A DNA stretch of 32,000 nt from positions 5,705 to 37,704 of the forward strand of contig SFIM01000005.1 in the NCBI GenBank assembly GCA_004556155.1, in the 5' to 3' direction. The DNA comes from Clostridiales bacterium. GTDB lineage: Bacteria; Bacillota; Clostridia; Christensenellales; Aristaeellaceae. This document shows, one piece after another, positions 19,357 through 27,420 of this stretch (position 1 is its first letter; the number at the start of each line of letters is the position of its first letter). The notes beneath the pieces were generated by a model. The model was not told the DNA's origin. It did no database searches and worked only from the letters and a program-made list of their open reading frames with translations. Position numbers and translations under genes: made by a program.

Positions 19357-20667
19357 ATGCCCCTTAAATTGCCTCATAAAAAGAAAAAGGATAACGCCCC
19401 GCAGCAGGAAGCTGAAGCCACGGAGCAGCAAAGCGTAAAGCGCGGTGCCGGCAAAAAGAAGGATCATACCGAGGCCAAGCATCGCCTGCGCAACACGGCT
19501 TTTGCGCTGATTGTGGTGGTGCTGCTGGGCGTAATCGGCTGCATGATCGCATCGCAGTTTTTCCCGGAAATCTCGGTGCTGGATCTGCCGCGCCGCGTGG
19601 TCGCCAATGTGATGCGCCCCGTGGAGGAGGCTTTTTCCTCCGGCACGGGCTGGTTCTTTGATTATGTAAAGCGGCTGAAGCTGCGCAGCAATATCGAGTA
19701 TGAGTATGAAAAGCTCTATGAGCAGTATGACGATATGCTCAGCCAGGTTATGCGCGTGAACGAGCTGGAAAACCAGCTCAACGAGTATCAGGATCTGATG
19801 GACGAAATGCAGACCCACTCGCAGTTTGACGGCGTGCCCGCGCGCGTGATCGCCAGCGACAGCACCAACTATTTCTCCACCTTTACCATCAACGTCGGCA
19901 CCAAGCAGGGCATTCAGAACTATATGGCTGTGGTTAAGTCCGGCGGTCTGGTAGGGTATACCTACGATGTAACCGAGACCACCGCCAAGGTGCAGTCTAT
20001 CATCAGCAGCGATACCAGCATTTCCGCGCTGATTGAATCCACCCGCTACCAGGGCACCGTTAAAGGCACCCTGGGCGTAAATGGCGAGGCTATGTGCCGC
20101 ATGTATTACCTGCGCGATAACCACCTGCCCCGCCAGGGTGATACGGTGGTTACCTCGGGTGTTGGCATGGAGTTCCCCAAGGGCATTCCCATCGGCGTGG
20201 TGCGCGAGAGCACGCGTGGCATGGAGGAGGGCAAGTCCTATGTAGTCATCGAGCCGATTGTGGACTTTGAGCGCATCGAGCATGTAATCGTCTACCGCTA
20301 TACACCTTCCTATGCCGAGCAGGCGGAACAGCGCGATGGCAGCGACGGCCTGGTATCCTCCAGCCTGCCCACGGCGCGTCCTGTGCCTACCTTTACGTTG
20401 GATGGCATCGGCGACTTTAACATAAGCGATACGCCCACGCCCAATCCCAATCAGGATGCGCAGCAAACGCCGACCCCTGATGAAACGCCTGCGCCGGGCG
20501 AAACTACCTTGCAGCCCGGTCAGACGCAGACCCCGCGGCCCACGGGCAACCTGTCCTATCAGGATGTTCCCGGTACGCCCACGCCTGAGCCTACGCCCAC
20601 TCCCGAGCCCACGCCTTCGCCTACGCCCACCTTCTCGCTCAGCGATATGACCCAGGAGGCGGATTGA
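19357..20667 (+). CDS. mreC: Rod shape-determining protein MreC with Lys-rich N-terminal and Pro/Thr-rich C-terminal extensions
   Basis: TM helix FALIVVVLLGVIGCMIA, coiled-coil ENQLNEYQDL, MreC core VVTSGVGMEFPKGIPIGVV. GGAGG RBS 6 nt before the ATG. The tail ends ...PGTPTPEPTPTPEPTPSPTPT. Confidence 0.88.
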   Translation: MPLKLPHKKKKDNAPQQEAEATEQQSVKRGAGKKKDHTEAKHRLRNTAFALIVVVLLGVIGCMIASQFFPEISVLDLPRRVVANVMRPVEEAFSSGTGWFFDYVKRLKLRSNIEYEYEKLYEQYDDMLSQVMRVNELENQLNEYQDLMDEMQTHSQFDGVPARVIASDSTNYFSTFTINVGTKQGIQNYMAVVKSGGLVGYTYDVTETTAKVQSIISSDTSISALIESTRYQGTVKGTLGVNGEAMCRMYYLRDNHLPRQGDTVVTSGVGMEFPKGIPIGVVRESTRGMEEGKSYVVIEPIVDFERIEHVIVYRYTPSYAEQAEQRDGSDGLVSSSLPTARPVPTFTLDGIGDFNISDTPTPNPNQDAQQTPTPDETPAPGETTLQPGQTQTPRPTGNLSYQDVPGTPTPEPTPTPEPTPSPTPTFSLSDMTQEAD

Positions 20668-20668
20668 T

Positions 20669-21235
20669 ATGCGCAAGGTGCTCAAGGCGCTGCTGCTGAC
20701 GATCCTGGCCTATCTGTTTCAGGTGTGCGCCATGAATCAACTCAAAATCGGCGGCGTGGTTGCCAATCTTCTGGCGGTCAATATCGCCATATTGACCGTA
20801 TCCCTGGGCAAAAAATATGCCTTTGGTGCGTCCTGCGTCACCGGCATTCTGCTTGAGGTGATGACCTCAACTGTCGGCGGCTTTTATGCGGTGATCTATC
20901 CGGCGGTCAGCATGCTCTTTGCCCAGCTTTTCTCGGATATGAGCGATGAAAAGCGCGAAATACGCCGCAATCGCGAAAAGAACACCCGCGACGTCAACCC
21001 GCACATCCGCATTCCGCTGGACGCCATGTGCATCTCCGCCGGAATCGAAACCATTCTGCTTACCTATCTTACGCTGTCGGGCGCGGAGCTTTCCGTGCGC
21101 CTGATTGCCCGCGCGCTGCTGTCTGTGGTCTATACCGGCGCGCTGGCCGTAGTATTGATGCTGCCCGTGCGCGCATTCCTGCGCATGTACGGCGGGCGCG
21201 TAAAACGCGCTCTGGTTGAAGGAGAACAGGAATAA
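20669..21235 (+). CDS. mreD: Rod shape-determining protein MreD (polytopic membrane protein)
   Basis: Multi-TM hydrophobic 188-aa ORF that starts 1 nt after the mreC stop. The call rests on position between mreC and PBP2. Confidence 0.7.
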   Translation: MRKVLKALLLTILAYLFQVCAMNQLKIGGVVANLLAVNIAILTVSLGKKYAFGASCVTGILLEVMTSTVGGFYAVIYPAVSMLFAQLFSDMSDEKREIRRNREKNTRDVNPHIRIPLDAMCISAGIETILLTYLTLSGAELSVRLIARALLSVVYTGALAVVLMLPVRAFLRMYGGRVKRALVEGEQE

Positions 21236-21241
21236 ACAATC

Positions 21242-23755
21242 ATGAAGAAATCACACACCCTGCGCATTTTGCTGGCGCTGCTGGTCATCTTCGGCGCCTT
21301 CGCCTATATCGTTTACGGGCTTGCCCAGCTTCAGCTGGTCAAGGGCGAGGGCTACTCCGATTCCGCCGGCAGAAAGAGCATCAAAACCATCCGCACCACC
21401 GGCAAGCGCGGTATGATTACCGACGCCGATTCCGTCATCCTGGCTATGACGGAGGACGTTTATAACGTCACCTTTTATCGCGATGCTTCCAAGAGCAAAA
21501 AGGCCGATTATCTCAATTATACCAAGTCCATCATCGAGGCCATTCAAATCATCGAAAAGTACGGCGGCGAGCTGTGCGTGGATTTTGTAATCGGCCGCGA
21601 TGAAAACGGCATGTGGCAGTACCAGTTTGGCGACGGTATTTCCGAAGCTGCCTGGAACACCCGCAGCCAGCAGTGGCGCAGCAACCACTATATCACCGAG
21701 ACCAAATACGACGATCCCGAGGTCGCCTATCAATTCTTGTACGGCCGCTATCAGTTTGCGCAGCTGAATCAGGTTCCCGACGAGGAAACGGTGCTCAAGG
21801 TGATGGCCATCTACAATGAAATGCAGATGAACCTGTACAATTCTCTGCCTGTGGTCATCGCCAAGGACGTCAGCTACGCCACGGTATCGGAGATCGAAGG
21901 CCGCAGCATGATGCTGGATGGCTTTGCCATCGAGATCGGCTCCAAGCGCGTTTATCCGCGCGGCTCCCTGGCCTCGCAGGTCATCGGCTATGTCGGCCCC
22001 ATCTCTTCCTATGAAACCTATTACAGCGAGCTGGAGCCGCAGGGCTACAAGCTGACCGATACCATCGGCAAGGACGGCATCGAGGCCAGCATGGAAAGCT
22101 GGCTGACAGAGAACATCTCCTCCCGTTCCGGCACCCGCATTATGGAAAAGGACAGCAACGGCAAGCTGACCCGCGAGATTTCTTCTTCCGAGCCGCAGGA
22201 CGGCAACAACGTCAAGCTGACCATCATCGCCAGCTATCAGCAGGCTGCTGAGCGTGCCATTGAGGATAACGTCCGCACCGTGCGCTCCGATCAGGAATCC
22301 AAGATGGCCGAAGCTAACTGGCTGGAGACCAACAAGGAAAAGCTGAACGAGCGCGATTGGGACAAGTATCCGCTGCAATTAGCCGATACGGGCGTATTTC
22401 TGGTATTGGATGTTGACAATGGTAACGTGCTGGCCATGGCGCAGTATCCCACCTACGATCTGAACGCGCTGATCGCCGGCGGCGAGGAGGCTGCCTCCAT
22501 CCTGACCGACGAGCGCAACGTGATGATGAACTACGCCATCCAGCAGCGCGCCGAGCCTGGCTCCGTATTCAAAATGGTGACGGCGCTTGCCGCGCTGGTC
22601 AACAATAAAATCACCCCGATTACCACCATCAGCGATATGGGCCCCTATACAGCATATACCAAGAACAAAAGCGAAGCGCCCACCTGCTGGGCTAATAAAG
22701 CCGTTCGTAACAGCAGGCACAAGAACCTGACTATCATCGGCGGCCTTTCCAACTCCTGCAACTATTTCTTCTATGAGCTTGGACATCGCCTGTATGGCGA
22801 CAGCGGCAGTACGCTGCTGTATCAGTACTCGGTCGATATTGGCCTGACCAGCAAAACCGGCATCGATCTGCCCGGCGAAAAGCGCGGCATCGTGGGCAAC
22901 CAGACCATGCTGTACGATTCCACGGTTTCCCTGGATGAGCAGCGCACCTGGCAGCCCATGCTGGTGGCGGCCAAGGTGAAGCAGCATTTGCAGAATGTTG
23001 GCGCCAAATATGGCGTTTCCTATGATGAAACGCGCCTGAACAAGTGCGTGAAGCGCCTAATGGATATGGCTGTATCCACCGGTCAGGATAAGTGGGTTAG
23101 CTCCATTCAGCCCATTCTGATGGAAGAATTGAACATGACCCGCGATATCGTTATCCTGAGCGCCACGGTAAGCGATATCTTCATTTACCTGAACGATATC
23201 AAATGGGGCGGCAGCATGGAAATTCAGACCGCCATCGGACAGGGCATCACGATGGTTACGCCCGTCGCCATGTCCCGCTATATCGCGGCTCTTGCCAACG
23301 GCGGCGTCGTGTGGAACGTAAACATCATTGATTCCATCATTTCGCCTGAGGGCGAGGTTATCTCCAAGCGCAAGGCCAGCCGCTTCAACACCCTGGAGGG
23401 CGTGGCGGAATATCTGCCCTACATCAAGGAAGGTATGAAGGGCGTGGTAGACGATTCCGGTACTGCTGGCAGACAGTTTAATGGCTGGAAATATGAAAAA
23501 CAGATTTGGGCTAAAACCGGTACGTCTCAGGTGACGATCGGTAAGATCAAGCTGGATCTGGAGAACAACGCATGGTTCTGCGCGCTGACGCCCTATGAGC
23601 AAGCCGAAATCGCCATCGTGTGCTTTATCCCGAATGGCTACGCCGGCGGCCGAGCGGCAACGGCTGTAAAGGAATTTATCACCTGGTGGATGGACGAGCA
23701 AACCAAGGATACCGGCGAGATGGCTGTTGTATCGGGCAACGAATTGATGCCCTAA
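21242..23755 (+). CDS. mrdA: Penicillin-binding protein 2 (class B transpeptidase, elongasome)
   Basis: N-terminal TM anchor. Transpeptidase motifs SVFK (EPGSVFKMVTA), SNS (LSNSCNYFF) and KTGT (AKTGTSQ). It lies between mreD and rodA. Confidence 0.9.
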   Translation: MKKSHTLRILLALLVIFGAFAYIVYGLAQLQLVKGEGYSDSAGRKSIKTIRTTGKRGMITDADSVILAMTEDVYNVTFYRDASKSKKADYLNYTKSIIEAIQIIEKYGGELCVDFVIGRDENGMWQYQFGDGISEAAWNTRSQQWRSNHYITETKYDDPEVAYQFLYGRYQFAQLNQVPDEETVLKVMAIYNEMQMNLYNSLPVVIAKDVSYATVSEIEGRSMMLDGFAIEIGSKRVYPRGSLASQVIGYVGPISSYETYYSELEPQGYKLTDTIGKDGIEASMESWLTENISSRSGTRIMEKDSNGKLTREISSSEPQDGNNVKLTIIASYQQAAERAIEDNVRTVRSDQESKMAEANWLETNKEKLNERDWDKYPLQLADTGVFLVLDVDNGNVLAMAQYPTYDLNALIAGGEEAASILTDERNVMMNYAIQQRAEPGSVFKMVTALAALVNNKITPITTISDMGPYTAYTKNKSEAPTCWANKAVRNSRHKNLTIIGGLSNSCNYFFYELGHRLYGDSGSTLLYQYSVDIGLTSKTGIDLPGEKRGIVGNQTMLYDSTVSLDEQRTWQPMLVAAKVKQHLQNVGAKYGVSYDETRLNKCVKRLMDMAVSTGQDKWVSSIQPILMEELNMTRDIVILSATVSDIFIYLNDIKWGGSMEIQTAIGQGITMVTPVAMSRYIAALANGGVVWNVNIIDSIISPEGEVISKRKASRFNTLEGVAEYLPYIKEGMKGVVDDSGTAGRQFNGWKYEKQIWAKTGTSQVTIGKIKLDLENNAWFCALTPYEQAEIAIVCFIPNGYAGGRAATAVKEFITWWMDEQTKDTGEMAVVSGNELMP

Positions 23756-23773
23756 CGCTATAAAGGAAAGAAA

Positions 23774-24562
23774 ATGGGAAAAATCATAGCGCTTGCCGCC
23801 GGAAAAGGCGGCACCGGAAAAACGCTGCTGACGGCGGCGCTGGGGGAAAGGCTGGCCGCGCGCGGAGAGCAGGTGTGCCTGCTGGACGCCTGCGCCGGCC
23901 TGCGCGGATTGGATCTTAGCCTGGGACTCCAGGATCAGATGGTCTTTGACTGGCTGGATTTATCGCGTGAGGACTGCGCCATGGAGCAGGCGCTGCTGCG
24001 CGGCGTGGGGGAAGGGCAGCCATATCTTCTGGCTGCGCCGCAGGATCTGCTGCCGGAGGATGTCGATATTGCCCAGCTTCAAAAGCTGCTGACCCGACTG
24101 CAAAAGCGCTTTGATTATGTGCTGATTGACACGCCCAGCGGCATCGGCAGCCTGACGCGCAGCCTGTGCGCCATGGCGGATGAAACGGTGCTGATTACCA
24201 CGATGGACGACGCCTCGCAGCGCGGCACAGAGCGCCTTTCCGCCCTGCTGCGCGAGGCGCAGCCCGAGGCCATCATCAGCCTGATTATCAATCGGCTGCT
24301 GCCTGCCAAACGCAGACAGGATGACCCGGAGGCTGCTGCGGCGGCGCTGTCCGGCTACCTGGATTTACCACTCTACGCTGCGATACGCTTAGACGATACC
24401 ATCGGCAGCGTTGACGCGCGCAAAGCCGCCGCCCAGGCTGCGCGCAGTCCGCAATGGCTGACCGCGCTGGAGCAGGCGGCAGATCGACTTTGCGGCAGCG
24501 ATACGCCGCTTAAGCAAGATCGCGTAAGGAGGAAACTGTGGCTTTCTCGCATAAAAGGATGA
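23774..24562 (+). CDS. minD: MinD-like ParA/MinD-family ATPase (divergent)
   Basis: Deviant Walker A AAGKGGTGKT, LLDACAGLRGLDLSLGL (compare MinD DADIGLRNLD), Walker B YVLIDTPSG, and a basic/amphipathic C-terminus RRKLWLSRIKG. No minC or minE flanks it. Confidence 0.7.
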   Translation: MGKIIALAAGKGGTGKTLLTAALGERLAARGEQVCLLDACAGLRGLDLSLGLQDQMVFDWLDLSREDCAMEQALLRGVGEGQPYLLAAPQDLLPEDVDIAQLQKLLTRLQKRFDYVLIDTPSGIGSLTRSLCAMADETVLITTMDDASQRGTERLSALLREAQPEAIISLIINRLLPAKRRQDDPEAAAAALSGYLDLPLYAAIRLDDTIGSVDARKAAAQAARSPQWLTALEQAADRLCGSDTPLKQDRVRRKLWLSRIKG

Positions 24563-25821
24563 GCTTTCACCAAGGCTCGGGCGCGATAACCTCCACGGAG
24601 GATCGCCGTACGCGGGCGCATTTGGATATCCCGCTGCTGATTATCACCTACGCGCTGGCCGTTTTCGGCGTGTACTGCATCGCCATTGCCACCTTTAATC
24701 CCGATAAGGGCACGGATTTGTCGGTACTGAATTACATTCTTAATTCCAGCTCCGCCTCTTGGCAGGCCATTTTCTGCCTTGTTTCGCCCATCGTTCTGGG
24801 CTTTCTGGTGGCCATTCCATATGAGCTGCTGCGCATTCAGGGCCGGCTGGTTTACTATGGCATTGTAGGCCTGCTGATTCTGGCGCTGTTTTCTCAGGCC
24901 ATTTCGGGCGTAACGGCGTGGATTCCCATCGGTAAGGGTCGTACCATTCAGCCGGCCGAGTTTATCAAAATCGGCATCATCCTGATGATGGCGCGCAGCC
25001 TGTCCAACACCGATAAGCCCTTTGGCACCATGCGCAATGCGGCGTATAACCTGGGCATCTTCCTGCTGCCTGCTGGTTTGACGCTGCTGCAGGGTGAGTT
25101 GGGCTCCGTGCTGGTCATGTGCGTAATCTTCTATGTGATGCTCTACTTTGCCGATACCGAGACGTGGGTGCTGATCACCATTCTGGTACTGGCTGTGGTA
25201 GGCATCGGCGCAATCCTGGGGTATATGATGGTTAGCGGTTCGGAAAGCTACCGTCTCAAGCGCATTCTTTCCTTCCTGGATCCGCAGGCCTATTACAACA
25301 GCGCAGGCTATCAGATTCTCAATTCCCAATTGGCCATTGGCTCGGGCGGCAAGACGGGCATCGGCACCTTTGTGGTGGGTTCGCTGAGCCAGCTGAACTA
25401 CGTGCCCGAGGACTGGACGGACTTTATTTTTTCCGCTGTGGGCGAAGCCTTCGGATTTGTCGGCTGCATCGGTGTGATCATTGCATATCTTTTGCTGATG
25501 CTGCGCATGCTGTATTTGGCACACTTCACCATGGATCGCTTTGGCAGGCTGATTATCGTGGGGGTTATGGCCATGTTCTTTTCTCACGTAATCGAGAATA
25601 TCGGCATGACCATCGGCGTGCTGCCCATCACCGGCATCCCGCTGCCGTTTATCAGCTACGGCGGCTCCAACTTTGTTACCAACATGGCGGGCATCGGCCT
25701 GGTGCTGAATGTGGTCAAGAATCGTTCCAGCGCGACGGCAATCAACACGCCGCTTATGCTGCGCAATCAGCGCGGTTCCTGGTGGCGGCGCGGTAAGCAT
25801 GCCAAACAGAGCACCCTGTAA
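24538..25821 (+). CDS. rodA: SEDS-family peptidoglycan polymerase RodA
   Basis: The GTG at 24538 is 5 nt after AAGGAGG (24526-24532) and overlaps minD-like by 25 nt. Motifs: QPAEFIKI, PEDWTDFIFSAVGEAFGFVG, GIPLPFISYGGSN. Confidence 0.9.
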   Translation: MAFSHKRMSFHQGSGAITSTEDRRTRAHLDIPLLIITYALAVFGVYCIAIATFNPDKGTDLSVLNYILNSSSASWQAIFCLVSPIVLGFLVAIPYELLRIQGRLVYYGIVGLLILALFSQAISGVTAWIPIGKGRTIQPAEFIKIGIILMMARSLSNTDKPFGTMRNAAYNLGIFLLPAGLTLLQGELGSVLVMCVIFYVMLYFADTETWVLITILVLAVVGIGAILGYMMVSGSESYRLKRILSFLDPQAYYNSAGYQILNSQLAIGSGGKTGIGTFVVGSLSQLNYVPEDWTDFIFSAVGEAFGFVGCIGVIIAYLLLMLRMLYLAHFTMDRFGRLIIVGVMAMFFSHVIENIGMTIGVLPITGIPLPFISYGGSNFVTNMAGIGLVLNVVKNRSSATAINTPLMLRNQRGSWWRRGKHAKQSTL

Positions 25822-25850
25822 AAGGGGAAATCCTTTCTGAAAAATAGATC

Positions 25851-25899
25851 TCCAACTATTCGCAAAAGGCATCTTTTACGAATAGTTGGATTACTTTTT
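25851..25899 (+). terminator. Strong hairpin / rho-independent terminator after rodA; both arms are copies of the CTTTTRCGAATAGTTG repeat
   Basis: TCCAACTATTCGCAAAAG (25851-25868), loop GCAT, CTTTTACGAATAGTTGGA (25873-25890). 17 of 18 positions pair, and TTACTTTTT follows. Confidence 0.8.
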
Positions 25900-26210
25900 G
25901 GGTGTTTTAAAGGGGGTGGAGTGCTTGCGCTGATGTAGCGTCCTTGCCTGGCACAATGCACGGCGAAACGTAATGGTTGTGCTGCTTTATGATGGATATC
26001 GTGCTGTGTTCCGGTAAAGCTTTTTAATTTGTATTAAACCCCCAATGATCCTTATTCTTGTTTGCCTAAACCATCTATCTGCTTAGTTAACGTTATATAT
26101 CGTGGAGGTTTGCTTTTTTACTTCAATTCAAGTGCAACAGCTTCCTGGATGGCCCTGGGCTATCAATGTGCTGTTCGAGCTGCGCTTGCTTTTCGGCTTT
26201 CTCTATCCAT

Positions 26211-26230
26211 TTCCATACAGTTCCATACAG
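26211..26230. repeat. Perfect 10-bp tandem duplication TTCCATACAG x2
   Basis: TTCCATACAG at 26211-26220 and again at 26221-26230, flanked by CCAT on both sides. Confidence 0.95.
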
Positions 26231-26253
26231 CCATTTTCCCTGCCGCTTGTGGG

Positions 26254-26282
26254 TTGACAATCGTAATGGATCGTAGTATCAT
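26254..26282 (+). promoter_or_regulatory. Candidate sigma-70-type promoter facing the recombinase gene
   Basis: TTGACA (26254-26259), a 17-nt spacer, then TATCAT (26277-26282). It ends 2 nt before the right repeat copy. Confidence 0.5.
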
Positions 26283-26284
26283 GT

Positions 26285-26300
26285 CTTTTGCGAATAGTTG
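26285..26300. repeat. Right copy of the 16-bp inverted repeat (partner at 25853-25868)
   Basis: CTTTTGCGAATAGTTG is the exact reverse complement of CAACTATTCGCAAAAG (25853-25868). It also matches 25873-25888 as a direct repeat at 15/16. Confidence 0.95.
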
Positions 26301-26316
26301 AATGGAGGAAAATGCT

Positions 26317-27420
26317 GTGCCTGCACCGGATTATCATCAAAGCATCGAAATTTCCCGCAATCGCCGCATCCGCGAATTACAGGCAGAGCTGCCCGACGTT
26401 TGCGCGGATTTTTTTAGCGCCATATCGCAAACTACCAGTTCCCTCACCCGGCTGGCTTATGCCTATGATCTTCGGTTATTCTTTCAGTATCTATGCGCCG
26501 AGCAGCCGCAGTTTGCCGATACGGATATGCGCCTGATCACCACCGAGCAGATCGGCCAGATCACAGCGCGCCAGCTACGCGGTTTTCAGGATTATCTGAC
26601 GCAGTATATCAAGCCTGCTGATGATGAAGGCGGCGAGTTGATTGTCAATAATCACGAGTTGGGCATTATGCGCAAGCTCTGCGCACTGCGCTCGTTTTTT
26701 GAATACCTATTCAAAAATGAGCTGATTCCCGGCAATGTCGCCACCCTTGTCCCCCTGCCTAAGCGCCACAGCAAACCCATTCTGTATCTGGAGCCCAACG
26801 AGGTGGAGCGGCTGTTGACAATTGCAGACCAGGGCGAGGGACTTTCCAAGCATCAGCAAAGCTATCAAAAGATGACCCGCAAGCGCGACGTCGCCATCCT
26901 CTCGCTGTTTCTTGGCACTGGCATCCGCGTCAGTGAGCTGGTAGGCATTGATTTGGAGGACCTGGATTTCACCATGAATGGTTTTCTGGTCACGCGCAAG
27001 GGCGGCAACCAGACGATCCTGTATTTCCCCGAAAGCGTGGCGGATGCGCTCAAGGCATATTTACAGGAGCGCATGGCCATCGAGCCATTGCCTGGCCATG
27101 AAAAAGCGCTTTTTTTGTCCATGCAGCGGCGCAGGATCACGCAGCGCGCCGTCGAAAACCTGGTCAAAAAATATGCTTCGCTGGCCGCGCCGCTGAAAAA
27201 AAAGATCAGCCCGCATAAGCTGCGCAGCACCTTTGGCACCAGTTTGTACCGTGAGACTGGCGATATTTACCTGGTTGCGGATGTTCTTGGCCATGCGGAC
27301 GTGAACACCACCAAGCGTCATTACGCCTCAATGAGCGATCAGCGCAAGCGCGAAGCTGTGAAAAGCGTTGTGCTGCCTGTGATAGAAAACGAAAGCAAAG
27401 AGGAGCCTGAAGAATCATGA
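26317..27420 (+). CDS. Tyrosine site-specific recombinase, Xer/phage-integrase family (long, XerS-like architecture)
   Basis: Core-binding domain LTRLAYAYDLRLFFQYL. Catalytic residues in GTGIRVSEL (R), VTRKGG (K), SPHKLRSTF (HxxR) and LGHADVNTTKRHY (H...Y). The GTG at 26317 is 8 nt after GGAGG (26304-26308). The track ATG at 26302 has no RBS. Confidence 0.88.
   Translation: MPAPDYHQSIEISRNRRIRELQAELPDVCADFFSAISQTTSSLTRLAYAYDLRLFFQYLCAEQPQFADTDMRLITTEQIGQITARQLRGFQDYLTQYIKPADDEGGELIVNNHELGIMRKLCALRSFFEYLFKNELIPGNVATLVPLPKRHSKPILYLEPNEVERLLTIADQGEGLSKHQQSYQKMTRKRDVAILSLFLGTGIRVSELVGIDLEDLDFTMNGFLVTRKGGNQTILYFPESVADALKAYLQERMAIEPLPGHEKALFLSMQRRRITQRAVENLVKKYASLAAPLKKKISPHKLRSTFGTSLYRETGDIYLVADVLGHADVNTTKRHYASMSDQRKREAVKSVVLPVIENESKEEPEES

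Noticed and set aside
19327-20685. A 452-aa minus-strand ORF opposite mreC. Similar ORFs lie at 21251-22378 and 22379-22987 (opposite PBP2), 24373-25872 (opposite rodA) and 2476-3426 (opposite the SNF2 gene).
   Set aside because: I checked the phase of 19327-20685, 21251-22378, 24373-25872 and 2476-3426. Each lies in the codon-aligned antisense frame of a well-supported sense gene: 19357/20683, 21242/22376, 24538/25870 and 1240/3424 share the same residue mod 3 within each pair. I did not check 22379-22987, but it likewise lies opposite the well-supported PBP2 CDS. This is a GC-rich codon-usage artefact, not overlapping genes.
26083-26113. dif-like sequence on the minus strand (…GATATATAACGTTAACT…), resembling the central region plus XerD arm of Firmicute dif (ACTTCCTAGAA-TATATA-TTATGTAAACT, as I recall it).
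   Set aside because: By hand alignment only one arm matches reasonably (8/11) and the other is poor (4/11). AT-rich sequence gives such partial matches by chance, and my recollection of the consensus cannot be verified here.
26062-26301. A 79-codon open frame (TTG start) in the AT-rich gap. It is in the same reading frame as the recombinase ORF and separated from its ATG only by TGA (26299-26301). This raised the possibility of a read-through or longer N-terminal extension.
   Set aside because: The translation (…LLFYFNSSATASWMALGYQCAVRAALAFRLSLSISIQFHT…) is hydrophobic junk-like. It has no properly spaced RBS (GGAGG lies only 1 nt from the TTG at 26110). It would run straight through the predicted promoter. 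The Xer-type core-binding domain already begins shortly after the GTG at 26317. It is noted only as a curiosity of an AT-rich region lacking stops in one frame.
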